The notes: generated by a model from the sequence alone, not told the origin. A stretch of DNA of 64,000 nucleotides from Patescibacteria group bacterium (GCA_023229115.1 JALNZW010000004.1:40197-104196); one strand, 5' to 3'. Numbered from the stretch's first letter, positions 42,618 through 52,114 are shown. A program made the numbers and translations.

Positions 42618-43763
42618 TTAATTAAGTCTATCTTTTTTTCTCTTATAGACAAACCACCAAGAAGCAAAGAAAGTAGACAAAGGAACAGACAAGATTATTC
42701 CTATGCTTCCGCTTAGGGCTCTTACTATTTCAGTACTAATTGCCTCACTACTAATCATTTGCTCAACACTAGTAAATGGATTTTCTGGACTAACAAATAA
42801 TATTAAAACTGGCAAAGAAACTCCGGCATAAGCTAGAAAAAGAGTATTGGTCATTGAAGCAATGTGAGAAACCCCGATTTTATGAGCCTTATTAAAAACA
42901 TCTTTCCAGTCTTGATGAGGATTAGCTTCAACTATTTGTTCAACCGCTGCAATTTGAGCTATTATTATATCATCTATTACCCCCAAAGTTCCAATAATTA
43001 CTCCCGCCAATAAAAAACCTTTAAAATTTATAACACTTTGTCCAATATTTAAAAGTATAAAAATATCTTCATTAAAGGCGCCCGACAATTTAGCTAAATT
43101 AATAAAAAGCCAAGAAAAACCTATAACTAAAGATAAACTTAAAAAAATAGACAAAGCAGATATATGAGACTTGGCATTAAAACCCTCTGTTAAATAAACG
43201 ATAAATAATAGTATTAAAAAAGAGCCAACAGAAGTAATCAAAACTGGATTAGCACCATTTAATATTTTAGGAACAATAAAAAATATTATTATTAAAAAGG
43301 TTAAAAAAAGAGAAACTACAGATCTTAAGCCCTTAAACCTACCAACCAAAATTAAAAGTAAAAAAAACAAAGACCCGATTATAATTAAAATATTTTTTCT
43401 AGAATAATCTGTTATATAATAATTATATGAATTTTCGGTCTGATTCCAAGAAGCTAAAACAAAAACTTTTTGCCCTTCTTTATAAATTTTGTTTTCTAGA
43501 ACTTCAATATTGCCAATTCCTGTAAAAATAATCTCCTTATCTTTAAACTCTTTTTCTAAGCCTAACAGGCGAACATTTTGTTGATTTATTATTCGACCAT
43601 CATCTCCTTTCTTTTCTTCCTCATCCATAATTTCCAAAACCTCAGCTTTAAAAACTATATTAGAGTTTTCTTTTGAAGAGTCGCTAGCCAAAACAGGCCT
43701 ATTAACTATAAAAAATACAAAAAATACAAAGGTAAAAACAAATACTTTTCTAATATTATCCAT
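42618..43763 (-). CDS. YibE/F-like polytopic membrane protein
   Basis: Signal/anchor, an external domain of about 110 aa, then 7-8 TM segments. The layout is typical of the YibE/F family; the family call is by architecture only. Confidence 0.5.
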   Translation of the reverse strand: MDNIRKVFVFTFVFFVFFIVNRPVLASDSSKENSNIVFKAEVLEIMDEEEKKGDDGRIINQQNVRLLGLEKEFKDKEIIFTGIGNIEVLENKIYKEGQKVFVLASWNQTENSYNYYITDYSRKNILIIIGSLFFLLLILVGRFKGLRSVVSLFLTFLIIIFFIVPKILNGANPVLITSVGSFLILLFIVYLTEGFNAKSHISALSIFLSLSLVIGFSWLFINLAKLSGAFNEDIFILLNIGQSVINFKGFLLAGVIIGTLGVIDDIIIAQIAAVEQIVEANPHQDWKDVFNKAHKIGVSHIASMTNTLFLAYAGVSLPVLILFVSPENPFTSVEQMISSEAISTEIVRALSGSIGIILSVPLSTFFASWWFVYKRKKDRLN

Positions 43764-43875
43764 AATATTTGGAATAAAATCTATTGCGAAACTAGCCTTA
43801 TTTTGCTAATATTATTTTATCTTCGTATTCTAACAAATTTTTTAAGTTTTGAAAAACAAAAAAACAAACAAAAAA

Positions 43876-46761
43876 ATGATAAAAAAAGATTTAAAAAAAA
43901 GAGCATCAAGCTCTCAATATTACAGACCAAAAAAAATAAAAATGGTTTATAAAAAAGGAGCTAATATTGGTAATCCAAGAAAAAAGAAAAAAAATATTTT
44001 TATCTCTTTTCTGTTTAACAGAAAAACTATTAGAGCTTTTATTCTTCTATTTTTAATAGGAGTTATTATTTCTTTATCAACCATCTTTTTTCTTTCTAAA
44101 GACTTGCCTAATCCCAATCAACTTATTGAAAGAGAGATCGCTCAAAGTACAATTATTTATGATAGAACTGGAGAAAACATATTATATGAATTTCACGGAG
44201 AAGAAAAAAGAACATTAGTAAACTTATCCGAAATTCCGGATCATGCCGAACAAGCAACCATAGCCATTGAAGATAAAAACTTTTACAAACACAAGGGCGT
44301 TAGTTTTTTGGCTATTGCTAGAACCATAATAACCAATGTTTTATATGGTAAAAAAGCTGGGGCGTCAACCTTGACCCAACAATTTGTTAAAAATTCCCTA
44401 TTAACTTCTGAAAAAAAATATTCTCGAAAGATAAAAGAAATGATTATTGCCCAAAGAATAGAAAAAAAATTCCGTAAAGATGAAATTTTACAAATGTATT
44501 TAAATGAAATCCCCTACGGATCTAATGCTTATGGCATCGAAGCCGCTAGCCAAAAATATTTCGGTAAGACTGCCAAAGATTTAGTCTTAGCCGAAAGTGC
44601 TGTTTTGGCAGCCCTGCCACAAGCCCCTAGCAGATATTCTCCTTATGGACCAAACAAAGATCTTTTAATTGGCAGACAACAGTATATTTTAGACTTAATG
44701 CAAGAACAAGGATATATTAATCAAGAAGAAAAAGAAGAAGCCAAAAATTATCAATTAATATTTAAGGGTCCAGAAACAAATATAATAGCTCCTCATTTTG
44801 TAATGCATGTTAAAGAAATATTATCAGAAAAATATGGAACAAAAGAAGTAGAACAAGGTGGTTTAAAAATATATACAACCCTTGATCTAGAAAAACAAAA
44901 AACAGCAGAAGAAGCTATAAAAAATAGAGTCGAAGAAAACGCTTCAAGATTTAATGCCAACAATGCCTCTTTAGTAGCCATTAATCCTGAAAACGGACAA
45001 GTTTTAGCCATGGTTGGTTCAAAAGATTATTTTAATCAAGAAATAGACGGGCAAGTAAACGTTGCTTTAAGATTAAGACAACCAGGATCATCAATGAAGC
45101 CATTAGTTTATGCTACTTTATTCAAAAAAGGTTTTAATCCCAATTCAATTTTGTATGATGTAATTACTAATTTTTCTGCCTCTGGCAAAACCTATGAACC
45201 AAACAATTATAATGGCCAAGAAAGTGGACCAATCTCCATTAGAAAGGCCTTGGCTGGCTCCTTAAACATCCCAGCCGTAAAGGCCTTATATTTGGCAGGA
45301 ATAAATAATGTTATTGAACTAGCTAAAGAAGCGGGCTATACTAGTTTAACCAATCCTGATAATTATGGTCTATCTCTTGTTTTGGGTGGGGCCGAGGTTA
45401 GACTCTTAGAACATGTTAACGCTTACAGTATCTTTGCTCGAGAAGGAGAGATAAGCCCCGTGAGTATAATTTTAAAAGTAGAAGATAAGGATGGTAAAAT
45501 TTTAGAAGAGTTTCAAGAAAGGAAGAAAAAAGTTTTAGAACCAAATATAGCCAAAATGATTAACAGCATTCTATCGGATAATGCTGCCAGGTCTTTTGTT
45601 TTTGGAAAAAGAAATACTTTAATTTTAGAAAACAGACCAGTGGCCGCAAAAACCGGAACAACTAATAACTTTAGAGATGCTTGGACAATAGGCTATACAC
45701 CATCCCTCGTCGCTGGCGTTTGGGTTGGAAATAATGACAATACAGAAATGAAAAGAGGGGCAGACGGCAGTGTAATTGCCGCTCCAATTTGGAACGAATT
45801 TATGAAAAATGCTCTCAAAGATACACCCGTAGAAAATTTTTCTGAGCCAGAAATAGAAAAAACTGGCAAAGCTTTAATTGACGGAGAACCAGTTGGCAAA
45901 ACAATTAAAATTAACAAAGAAACAGGAGATATAGCGACGGAAACCACCCCAGCCGAACTAATAGAAGAAATATTTTTTGCCGATCATCATTCTATCTTAT
46001 ATTATATTGACAAAGAAAATCCCCTAGAGCCAATTCCAAGCAATCCAGAAAATGATCCTCAGTTTAAATTATGGGAAGACCGAGTTTTAGAGTGGGCAAA
46101 AAAACAAGACGAACATTATAATCCCGACATTTTAAATCAAGCTGAAAATATTTATGACCCAGAAAATATCCCCGTCTTTTCTATTAAAAATATAGAAGAT
46201 AATTCAACCATAACTACCGAAGATTTTTCTGTAGAACTACAAGCAACTGCTCCTCGAGGAATATACAAAGTGGATTACTATATAAACGGAAATTTGCTAG
46301 ACAGAAAAACATCTTATCCCTTTGATTTAAACAAAAATATTTCCTTCTTAAATAACGGCTACTATAATTTAAAAGTTGTAGTTTGTGATGATGTTTTGAA
46401 TTGTGCTGAAAAGTCTTTAGAGTTTAATCTAGTTCTAAACAAAAACAACGAAAGGCTTCCCTCTAACCTAAACATTATTTATCCAACCAGTGGACTGGCT
46501 TTAAATTCTATAGACTTTCCTTTAAAAGTTGAAATGATTATTACTAACCCTGATCAAATAATAAAAGTTGATTTATTTACTAAAAACGAAAAAACAGGAG
46601 ATGTTAACAAAGTAAAAACAATAAACAATGTTTTAAATAAAACTATTGAAAGTGAATGGGAAATGCTACCAGAAAGCGGAACATATAAACTTTATGCTGA
46701 ATTTTATGATTGGAATGGTCTTATTAAAAAAAGCAACCAAGTAACTATTAACATAAACTAA
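43876..46761 (+). CDS. Class A penicillin-binding protein (transglycosylase + transpeptidase) with long C-terminal extension
   Basis: GT51 motifs IAIEDKNFYKHKGV, GASTLTQQ and RKIKE. Transpeptidase motifs SSMKP, SLN and KTGTT. About 300 extra C-terminal residues. ATG at 43876 preferred over the TTG at 43849. Confidence 0.9.
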   Translation: MIKKDLKKRASSSQYYRPKKIKMVYKKGANIGNPRKKKKNIFISFLFNRKTIRAFILLFLIGVIISLSTIFFLSKDLPNPNQLIEREIAQSTIIYDRTGENILYEFHGEEKRTLVNLSEIPDHAEQATIAIEDKNFYKHKGVSFLAIARTIITNVLYGKKAGASTLTQQFVKNSLLTSEKKYSRKIKEMIIAQRIEKKFRKDEILQMYLNEIPYGSNAYGIEAASQKYFGKTAKDLVLAESAVLAALPQAPSRYSPYGPNKDLLIGRQQYILDLMQEQGYINQEEKEEAKNYQLIFKGPETNIIAPHFVMHVKEILSEKYGTKEVEQGGLKIYTTLDLEKQKTAEEAIKNRVEENASRFNANNASLVAINPENGQVLAMVGSKDYFNQEIDGQVNVALRLRQPGSSMKPLVYATLFKKGFNPNSILYDVITNFSASGKTYEPNNYNGQESGPISIRKALAGSLNIPAVKALYLAGINNVIELAKEAGYTSLTNPDNYGLSLVLGGAEVRLLEHVNAYSIFAREGEISPVSIILKVEDKDGKILEEFQERKKKVLEPNIAKMINSILSDNAARSFVFGKRNTLILENRPVAAKTGTTNNFRDAWTIGYTPSLVAGVWVGNNDNTEMKRGADGSVIAAPIWNEFMKNALKDTPVENFSEPEIEKTGKALIDGEPVGKTIKINKETGDIATETTPAELIEEIFFADHHSILYYIDKENPLEPIPSNPENDPQFKLWEDRVLEWAKKQDEHYNPDILNQAENIYDPENIPVFSIKNIEDNSTITTEDFSVELQATAPRGIYKVDYYINGNLLDRKTSYPFDLNKNISFLNNGYYNLKVVVCDDVLNCAEKSLEFNLVLNKNNERLPSNLNIIYPTSGLALNSIDFPLKVEMIITNPDQIIKVDLFTKNEKTGDVNKVKTINNVLNKTIESEWEMLPESGTYKLYAEFYDWNGLIKKSNQVTININ

Positions 46762-46780
46762 AAACATTTTCTTCTTCTAT

Positions 46781-46810
46781 AAAAAAACAATCTATTAAGA
46801 TTGTTTTTTT
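46781..46810. terminator. Bidirectional terminator
   Basis: Stem ACAATCT/AGATTGT (46787-46793 / 46798-46804) with loop ATTA, flanked by an A-run and a T-run. Confidence 0.75.
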
Positions 46811-46828
46811 ATTACACATGAAATATTT

Positions 46829-47617
46829 TTACTTAAAAGATTTTTGTTTTTTTAGTTCTTCTTGCCTTGTCTCCTCTTTTTTAGCATCAATTTTTTCTCC
46901 AATCAAATCAATAATATCTTTAGAAAATATTTTTATCATTTCTTTATTTTTTTCTTTTTTTCGATCATAATTTTCTTCTTCAATAAACAATGTTATATCT
47001 GTTAAAGATTTTCCTCCATTTTTAATTTTTTCATTTCTAATTTGATTTTTATTTTCTAAAGTATTGCTAGTTAAATCTAAACAAATTCTAATAAAATTCT
47101 TTTGATTATTTTCATCTAAATAATAAAATTTAAAAAAGGCATCAACACCACAATAATCAAGATGCGACCCTCGGGCTGAATAGTATTCCAAATCAGAATA
47201 TTCACCACCCATTTCATCTACTATAGTCGCATGTAAATCATTAGCGAAATCAGTTGCTGGGTCACAAGAATCAAAACCTCCCAATTGGCTTTCTTCAATA
47301 ATTTCAAATTGAATGTCCTCACTAATTTCTCTTAAAAAAATATGCCTATTTTTAATAACTCTATTTTCCATTATATTTTGCAATTTTGGTTTTATCTCAC
47401 TCTTTAAACGCTCAAACATTTCCTTTTTTTCTAATTTAATCCATGACAAAAAAGACTTAGGATCTTTACAGCTCTTATTGTTTATTAAATATTCAGTAGC
47501 CAAAAAATCAATCAATCTACTTTCAATATTTTCTACATACCTACGATTATTAATAGAACCTAAATAATTTATTTCTTGCTCCACCCCTTTTTTATTTTCA
47601 AAATTTAAATTGTCCAT
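46829..47617 (-). CDS. Hypothetical protein
   Basis: 262-aa ORF with no signal peptide and a Lys/Glu-rich C-terminus. I recognise no motif. Confidence 0.55.
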   Translation of the reverse strand: MDNLNFENKKGVEQEINYLGSINNRRYVENIESRLIDFLATEYLINNKSCKDPKSFLSWIKLEKKEMFERLKSEIKPKLQNIMENRVIKNRHIFLREISEDIQFEIIEESQLGGFDSCDPATDFANDLHATIVDEMGGEYSDLEYYSARGSHLDYCGVDAFFKFYYLDENNQKNFIRICLDLTSNTLENKNQIRNEKIKNGGKSLTDITLFIEEENYDRKKEKNKEMIKIFSKDIIDLIGEKIDAKKEETRQEELKKQKSFK

Positions 47618-47622
47618 ATAAT

Positions 47623-47694
47623 AAAATTAAAGTGTTCCCACCACGAATCGAACGTGGATCTAGAACTTAGGAGGTTCTTGTTTTATCCATTAAA
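47623..47694 (-). tRNA. tRNA-Arg (anticodon CCT)
   Basis: Reverse complement GTTCCCA...TGGGAAC-A. Anticodon stem AGAAC/GTTCT with loop CTCCTAA, T-arm CCACGTTCGATTCGTGG. Confidence 0.88.
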
Positions 47695-47763
47695 CTATGG
47701 GAACATTGCTAATATTTATAAATTTAACAAGCTCAAAAACAAAAGTCAAACTATTTTTTTTCT

Positions 47764-47792
47764 TTGACAAAAGGATAATATTTACTTAAAAT
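47764..47792 (+). promoter_or_regulatory. Sigma-70 promoter TTGACA-N17-TAAAAT
   Basis: TTGACA at 47764-47769, 17-nt spacer, TAAAAT at 47787-47792, about 50 nt before the bactofilin gene. Confidence 0.55.
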
Positions 47793-47843
47793 TAAAATAG
47801 AAGATAAACTCAAAAATTTAATTAATAAATTAAATCAAATCTT

Positions 47844-48254
47844 ATGTTTAAAAAAGATCAAAAATTTGAAAATTTTACTGAAGCAGAAACTATTATTGGA
47901 GAATCTGTCTTGGTAAAAGGGAATTTTGAAAGCAATGGAAATTTAATAATAAATGGTTCACTTGAAGGAGAAATAAAGACCAAAGGTGCTGTTTTAATTG
48001 GAGAAAAATCAAAAATAAATGCTAACATTTCCGCTCAAGAAATGATGGTTAAGGGTAATGTAGTTGGTAATTTAAATATATCTGACTACTTAGCCATCGG
48101 CGAAAATGCTAAAATACTAGGAGATATTAAATGTTCTCAAATATCTATAGAAAGAGGAGCTGAAATAAATGGACAAGTTTCAATCAGTAATCAAGGAAAT
48201 AAAAAAGAAAAAAATATTGAAATTGAAAAAATAGAAATCAATAATTCTCTATAA
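47844..48254 (+). CDS. Bactofilin (polymer-forming cytoskeletal protein)
   Basis: Repetitive beta-helix pattern (VKGNFESNGNLIINGSLEGEIKTKGAVLIGEKSKINANISAQEMMVKGNVVGNLN...). Confidence 0.85.
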   Translation: MFKKDQKFENFTEAETIIGESVLVKGNFESNGNLIINGSLEGEIKTKGAVLIGEKSKINANISAQEMMVKGNVVGNLNISDYLAIGENAKILGDIKCSQISIERGAEINGQVSISNQGNKKEKNIEIEKIEINNSL

Positions 48255-48274
48255 AAATCAAAATAAAAACAATT

Positions 48275-48997
48275 ATGAACGTTTTTATTTATGACGCTGT
48301 TACTGAAAAATATAAAAAAACAACCAGGAGATTTGAAGAAAAAATTAACACTCTAGGCTTGCAAGGTAAAATTGTATATCTTCAATCTATTAAAAATCAT
48401 CGGGAAACAATAGAACAAGAGATAAGAAACGGCGCCAAAACAATAATAATACTGGGAAATGACCAAACTGTTAATAATGTTATAAATATTTTAGCTAATA
48501 TTAGCGAAAATGTTCCTGTTTTTATTGTGCCTATAGGAACTAATAACAGTATAGCAGAATCAATGGGCATAAAAAATGAAAAAGAAGCCGCCTTTATTCT
48601 TTCTGCTCGAAGAATGGAAAATATTAAAATAGCAAAAGCCAACCATCTCTTTTTTATAAACAACTGCCAAATTAGCAATAAATCAACTAACCTAAAAATA
48701 GATAACTCTTACTCAGTTTATTCTCAAAAAGAAACAAAATATAAAGTAGTAAATCTCACAGACAAAGAGTCTTTTTTAAAAGAAATTAAATCGTCCCCTC
48801 AAGACAATATTTTAGAACTTATTATAAAAAACAAAGGAAATGATATAAGCGTTTTTCCAATCAAGAAAAACTTGGAAATAAACAATGATCAAGAAAAAAT
48901 ATTATTAGATAACTCAATTAAAATAGATTCTCCGGCTAGCATATCAATCAGCGATAAAACGATGTCTTTTATAGTTGGGAAAGAAAGACTTTTCTAA
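48275..48997 (+). CDS. Diacylglycerol/lipid kinase-like protein with degenerate nucleotide motif
   Basis: The DAGK-cat-like N-terminal half has IIILGNDQTVNNVINIL in place of the usual GGDGT, followed by VPIGTNNSIAESMGI. Confidence 0.5.
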   Translation: MNVFIYDAVTEKYKKTTRRFEEKINTLGLQGKIVYLQSIKNHRETIEQEIRNGAKTIIILGNDQTVNNVINILANISENVPVFIVPIGTNNSIAESMGIKNEKEAAFILSARRMENIKIAKANHLFFINNCQISNKSTNLKIDNSYSVYSQKETKYKVVNLTDKESFLKEIKSSPQDNILELIIKNKGNDISVFPIKKNLEINNDQEKILLDNSIKIDSPASISISDKTMSFIVGKERLF

Positions 48998-49013
48998 TGT
49001 TCTACGTAGAACA
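48998..49013. repeat. Palindrome copy 1 (TGTTCTACGTAGAACA)
   Basis: Perfect 16-bp palindrome starting 1 nt after the stop codon of the kinase-like gene. Confidence 0.9.
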
Positions 49014-49167
49014 ATTTAAAAACATTAAAAAATCTTAAAAACAACTAAAACCAGCATAAAAAAACTCTAACTATATAATAAGCCCAAAAAAACATAAATA
49101 TTAAAAACTACAAATAACTTTTTGAATTACTAGTAAAACACAAGAACTAATAAATATTTTAAAAATA

Positions 49168-49191
49168 AAAATGTTCTACGTAGAACATTTT
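49168..49191. repeat. Palindrome copy 2 (AAAATGTTCTACGTAGAACATTTT)
   Basis: Perfect 24-bp palindrome with the same core. It ends 7 nt before the ATG of the GNAT gene and abuts TATAAT (49191-49196). Confidence 0.9.
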
Positions 49192-49198
49192 ATAATTT

Positions 49199-49762
49199 AT
49201 GAAAAGATTTAAAGAGATTATAAAAGGCCAAAGAATTGTTTTAAAAAGAAATAAGCCAAAAATAAAAATCGCTAAAAAAATATTTGAAACAATTAATACA
49301 AATAGAAAACACTTAAGGCCATGGTTAGAATGGGAAAAAAATACACTAAGAGAGGAAGATTCACTAAAATACTTGTTTAACGAAGAAGAAAAAACAAAAA
49401 AAAGAGAAAAGATCCAGTATGGAATATATTTAAAAAATAAATATATTGGAAATATTGGTATTTTTGACATAGACAAAATAAACAAGTCAGCAGAAATAGG
49501 ATATTGGCTTTCTCATGAATTTACTAGAAATGGCTATACAACAGAAGCCTTAAAATTAATAGAAAAAGAACTTTTTTATTCTTTAGGTTTAAACAGAATA
49601 CAAATAAAATGTGATGAAAAAAATATTGCTTCCAGTTTTGTTGCCAAAAAATGCAATTATAAATTTGAAGGGATGTTAAGACAAAACAATTATAGCTATC
49701 ATTTTAAAGCTTTTCGAAATACCTTAATTTTTTCTAAACTAAAATCAGACACTAAAAAATAA
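49199..49762 (+). CDS. GNAT N-acetyltransferase, RimJ/RimL-like
   Basis: GNIGIFDID...AEIGYWLSHEFTRNGYTTEALKLIEKELFYSLGLNRIQIKCDEKNIASSFVAKKCNYKFEGMLRQ. Confidence 0.85.
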   Translation: MKRFKEIIKGQRIVLKRNKPKIKIAKKIFETINTNRKHLRPWLEWEKNTLREEDSLKYLFNEEEKTKKREKIQYGIYLKNKYIGNIGIFDIDKINKSAEIGYWLSHEFTRNGYTTEALKLIEKELFYSLGLNRIQIKCDEKNIASSFVAKKCNYKFEGMLRQNNYSYHFKAFRNTLIFSKLKSDTKK

Positions 49763-49770
49763 ATTAAACT

Positions 49771-49820
49771 AAAAATAATAAAAAAAATGTTCTACGTAGA
49801 ACATTTTTTTTATTATTTTT
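49771..49820. repeat. Palindrome copy 3: perfect 50-bp palindrome, probable bidirectional terminator
   Basis: AAAAATAATAAAAAAAATGTTCTAC|GTAGAACATTTTTTTTATTATTTTT. Both halves checked base by base. Lies between the convergent GNAT and yidC genes. Confidence 0.9.
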
Positions 49821-49841
49821 ATTAATCAATTATTTGAGATT

Positions 49842-50579
49842 TTAATTAATAACCTTAACCTCTGGAATGTCATCACCATTTTCTTTCTTTTTAAAAACAA
49901 TTTTTTGTTGTAAAGCTGTAAATAAAGTAGTTAAAAACCAATAAAGAGTTAGTCCGGCCGGCATAGTCATTCCGATAAAAACAGTAACCGCTGGCATTAC
50001 ATATAACATTTGCTTATTCATTATGGCCGTCATGCTTTCATCTTTAGAGCCTTTTACATCTATAGCTGGTTTTTTAGTAGTCATCATCTTGGCTTGCCAA
50101 AATTGGGCCAAACCAGCCAAAACAGCTAAAACAATGCTTTTTTCGGACAAATTAAAAAACCCTAGAGAAATTGCATTTATAGTTTCCGGGTTTTTTATGA
50201 ATGGATATAAAAGATCTAAATGATTTTGAGCAAAACCATCTCTAAAAACTCTAAAAATGGCTATAAAAAAGGGCAATTGAATTAAAAGAGGAAAACAGGA
50301 AGAAAAAGGATTAACTTTATTCTCTTTATAAAGAGCCATTAATTCTAAGCTTAAAGCTTGTTGATCTCCTTTGTGCTTCTTTTTTAGCTCATCTATTTTA
50401 GGTTGTAAGTCTTGTAATGCTTTTTGAGATTTTATGGATTTTTTAGATAAAGGAAATAATATTAATTTAACAATTAGTGTTAAAAAAATAATAGCGATAC
50501 CAAGGTCACCAAAAATATTATACAAGAAAACCAAAAGATTTAATATTGGTTGATAAAAAAAAGTTTGAAAAATTTCCAT
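49842..50579 (-). CDS. yidC: Membrane protein insertase YidC (short form)
   Basis: YidC/Oxa1 core blocks (LFPLSKKSIKSQKALQDLQPKIDELKKKHKGDQQ, NPFSSCFPLLIQLPFFIA, GLTLYWFLTTLFTALQQ). Sits in the rnpA-yidD-yidC context. Confidence 0.9.
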   Translation of the reverse strand: MEIFQTFFYQPILNLLVFLYNIFGDLGIAIIFLTLIVKLILFPLSKKSIKSQKALQDLQPKIDELKKKHKGDQQALSLELMALYKENKVNPFSSCFPLLIQLPFFIAIFRVFRDGFAQNHLDLLYPFIKNPETINAISLGFFNLSEKSIVLAVLAGLAQFWQAKMMTTKKPAIDVKGSKDESMTAIMNKQMLYVMPAVTVFIGMTMPAGLTLYWFLTTLFTALQQKIVFKKKENGDDIPEVKVIN

Positions 50580-50599
50580 ATTTTTAATTATTTTATAAT

Positions 50600-50869
50600 T
50601 TATTTAACAGGATCATGTCCTCCCTTATTAAATGGATTACATCTAATAATTCTCCAACAAGTCATTAATCCACCTTTTATAAATCCATACTTAGAAAGAG
50701 CATCAACCCCATATTGAGAGCAGGTTGGCGTAAATCGACAAAAACCATGAGGATAAAAAGATTTTAGTGGACCATGATCAAAGGAAAGCGTTTTTTGATA
50801 AATCTTTATCAAAAAAATAGCAATCCTTCTTGGCAAAAAATATATATTCCTAAAAAAACTAATTATCAT
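50600..50869 (-). CDS. yidD: Membrane protein insertion efficiency factor YidD
   Basis: [48 protein letters not shown] at 50869 preferred over the TTG at 50878. Confidence 0.9.
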   Translation of the reverse strand: MIISFFRNIYFLPRRIAIFLIKIYQKTLSFDHGPLKSFYPHGFCRFTPTCSQYGVDALSKYGFIKGGLMTCWRIIRCNPFNKGGHDPVK

Positions 50870-51203
50870 AAACGCCAATCTTTTTAAAAGAATCTTCCAC
50901 CTCTTGGCTTAAACCAGAAAATTCTAAATTTATAATATTTTTAGTAACTATTATTATTATATCAAACCCCTTTTTTATTTGCTTTAAATCTCTATTTACA
51001 ATAGCCCTAATTCTTCTTTTTATTTTATTTCTTTCTACCGCTTTTTTGCTAATTTTAGCGGAAATTATCACGCAAAAACGACTCTCATTTAGGTCGTTTT
51101 TAAGAACTTTAAAGCCTAGGACATTACTATAAAAACTCTTGCCATTTTTAAAGGTTTTTTCTATTTCCTTGGTTTTTCTCAATCTATTGTTTTGATTAAA
51201 CAT
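50859..51203 (-). CDS. rnpA: Ribonuclease P protein component
   Basis: 114-aa basic protein ([16 protein letters not shown]...[12 protein letters not shown]) directly downstream of rpmH. Confidence 0.85.
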   Translation of the reverse strand: MFNQNNRLRKTKEIEKTFKNGKSFYSNVLGFKVLKNDLNESRFCVIISAKISKKAVERNKIKRRIRAIVNRDLKQIKKGFDIIIIVTKNIINLEFSGLSQEVEDSFKKIGVYDN

Positions 51204-51227
51204 CTTGTTTATGTTTAATCTTAAAAT

Positions 51228-51365
51228 TTATTTGGTCAATTTTTTTCTCCCTTTTTGTTTTCTTCTTTTAATAATATCCTGACCATCCTTAGTTTTCATT
51301 CTCTTTAAAAATCCATGTTTTCTTTTAGCTCTTTTAGCATTTGGTTGATATGTTCTCTTTGGCAT
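51228..51365 (-). CDS. rpmH: 50S ribosomal protein L34 (not in supplied ORF track)
   Basis: Manual translation gives [45 protein letters not shown], 45 aa. This is the canonical L34 sequence pattern in the canonical position upstream of rnpA. Confidence 0.9.
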   Translation of the reverse strand: MPKRTYQPNAKRAKRKHGFLKRMKTKDGQDIIKRRKQKGRKKLTK

Positions 51366-51532
51366 ACTTTTATATAAAATTATATTTTATTTTGTAAATA
51401 TCAAAACGAGACGATGTTTTCGTCTTAATTTTAATTATATGGTAAAGTTATTTTTTTGTCAATTAGTTTATTTTCTTGTTATTTTTTTATAAATAATATA
51501 AAATATTCATAATATAAAATAATTATAAACAA

Positions 51533-52114
51533 ATGATTATATCAATTAGCGGATTTCATGGATCGGGCAAGAGCACTATAGCCGAAATGTTGGCCAAAAA
51601 ATTAAATTGGCCGAGATATTATATGGGAGGACTAAGAAGAGAGGCGGCACTAAAAAGAGGAATGACCTTGGCTGAATATAACAAATTGGGAGAAACAGAT
51701 CCTTCAACAGACCTAGAGGTGGACAATTATCAAAAAGAGCTTGGGCAAATAAAAGATAATTTTATAATTGAGGGAAGAACCTCTTGGCACTTTATACCTC
51801 ACTCTTTAAAAATATATATTAACGTTGATCATAAAATAGGAGCTGAAAGAATTTTTAAAAGTTTACAGAAAAAAAATAATCGAAACGAAGACAACAATTT
51901 AAACACACTAGAAGATGTTATAAAAAGCGTTGAAGAAAGATATAAAAGTGATAAATTAAGATATAAAAAATATTTTAATATAGATGTTTATGATTTAAAA
52001 AATTACGATTTTGTTATTAATACTGACAAAATAAGCATTGATCAAGTTTTTGAAAATGTTTATTCTTTTATCAAGAAGGAGTTAGAAAAAGAGGCATTGA
52101 CAAAAAATAAATAA
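51533..52114 (+). CDS. Cytidylate kinase-like P-loop NMP kinase
   Basis: P-loop ISGFHGSGKSTIAEMLAKKL. About 190 aa, resembling archaeal-type/putative cytidylate kinases. Confidence 0.65.
   Translation: MIISISGFHGSGKSTIAEMLAKKLNWPRYYMGGLRREAALKRGMTLAEYNKLGETDPSTDLEVDNYQKELGQIKDNFIIEGRTSWHFIPHSLKIYINVDHKIGAERIFKSLQKKNNRNEDNNLNTLEDVIKSVEERYKSDKLRYKKYFNIDVYDLKNYDFVINTDKISIDQVFENVYSFIKKELEKEALTKNK

Noticed and set aside
49168-49191. Palindrome TGTTCTACGTAGAACA considered as a Gram-positive-type LexA/SOS box.
   Set aside because: The SOS box is GAAC-N4-GTTC. Here the half-sites are in the opposite order (GTTC-N6-GAAC). The flanked gene is a GNAT, not a DNA-repair gene.
51366-51532. Hairpin AGACGA/TCGTCT in the divergent rpmH / cmk-like intergenic region, considered as a regulatory element or alternative oriC.
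   Set aside because: The stem is short at 6 bp. I saw no DnaA-box-like repeats around it, and the dnaA-dnaN spacer is a much better origin candidate.
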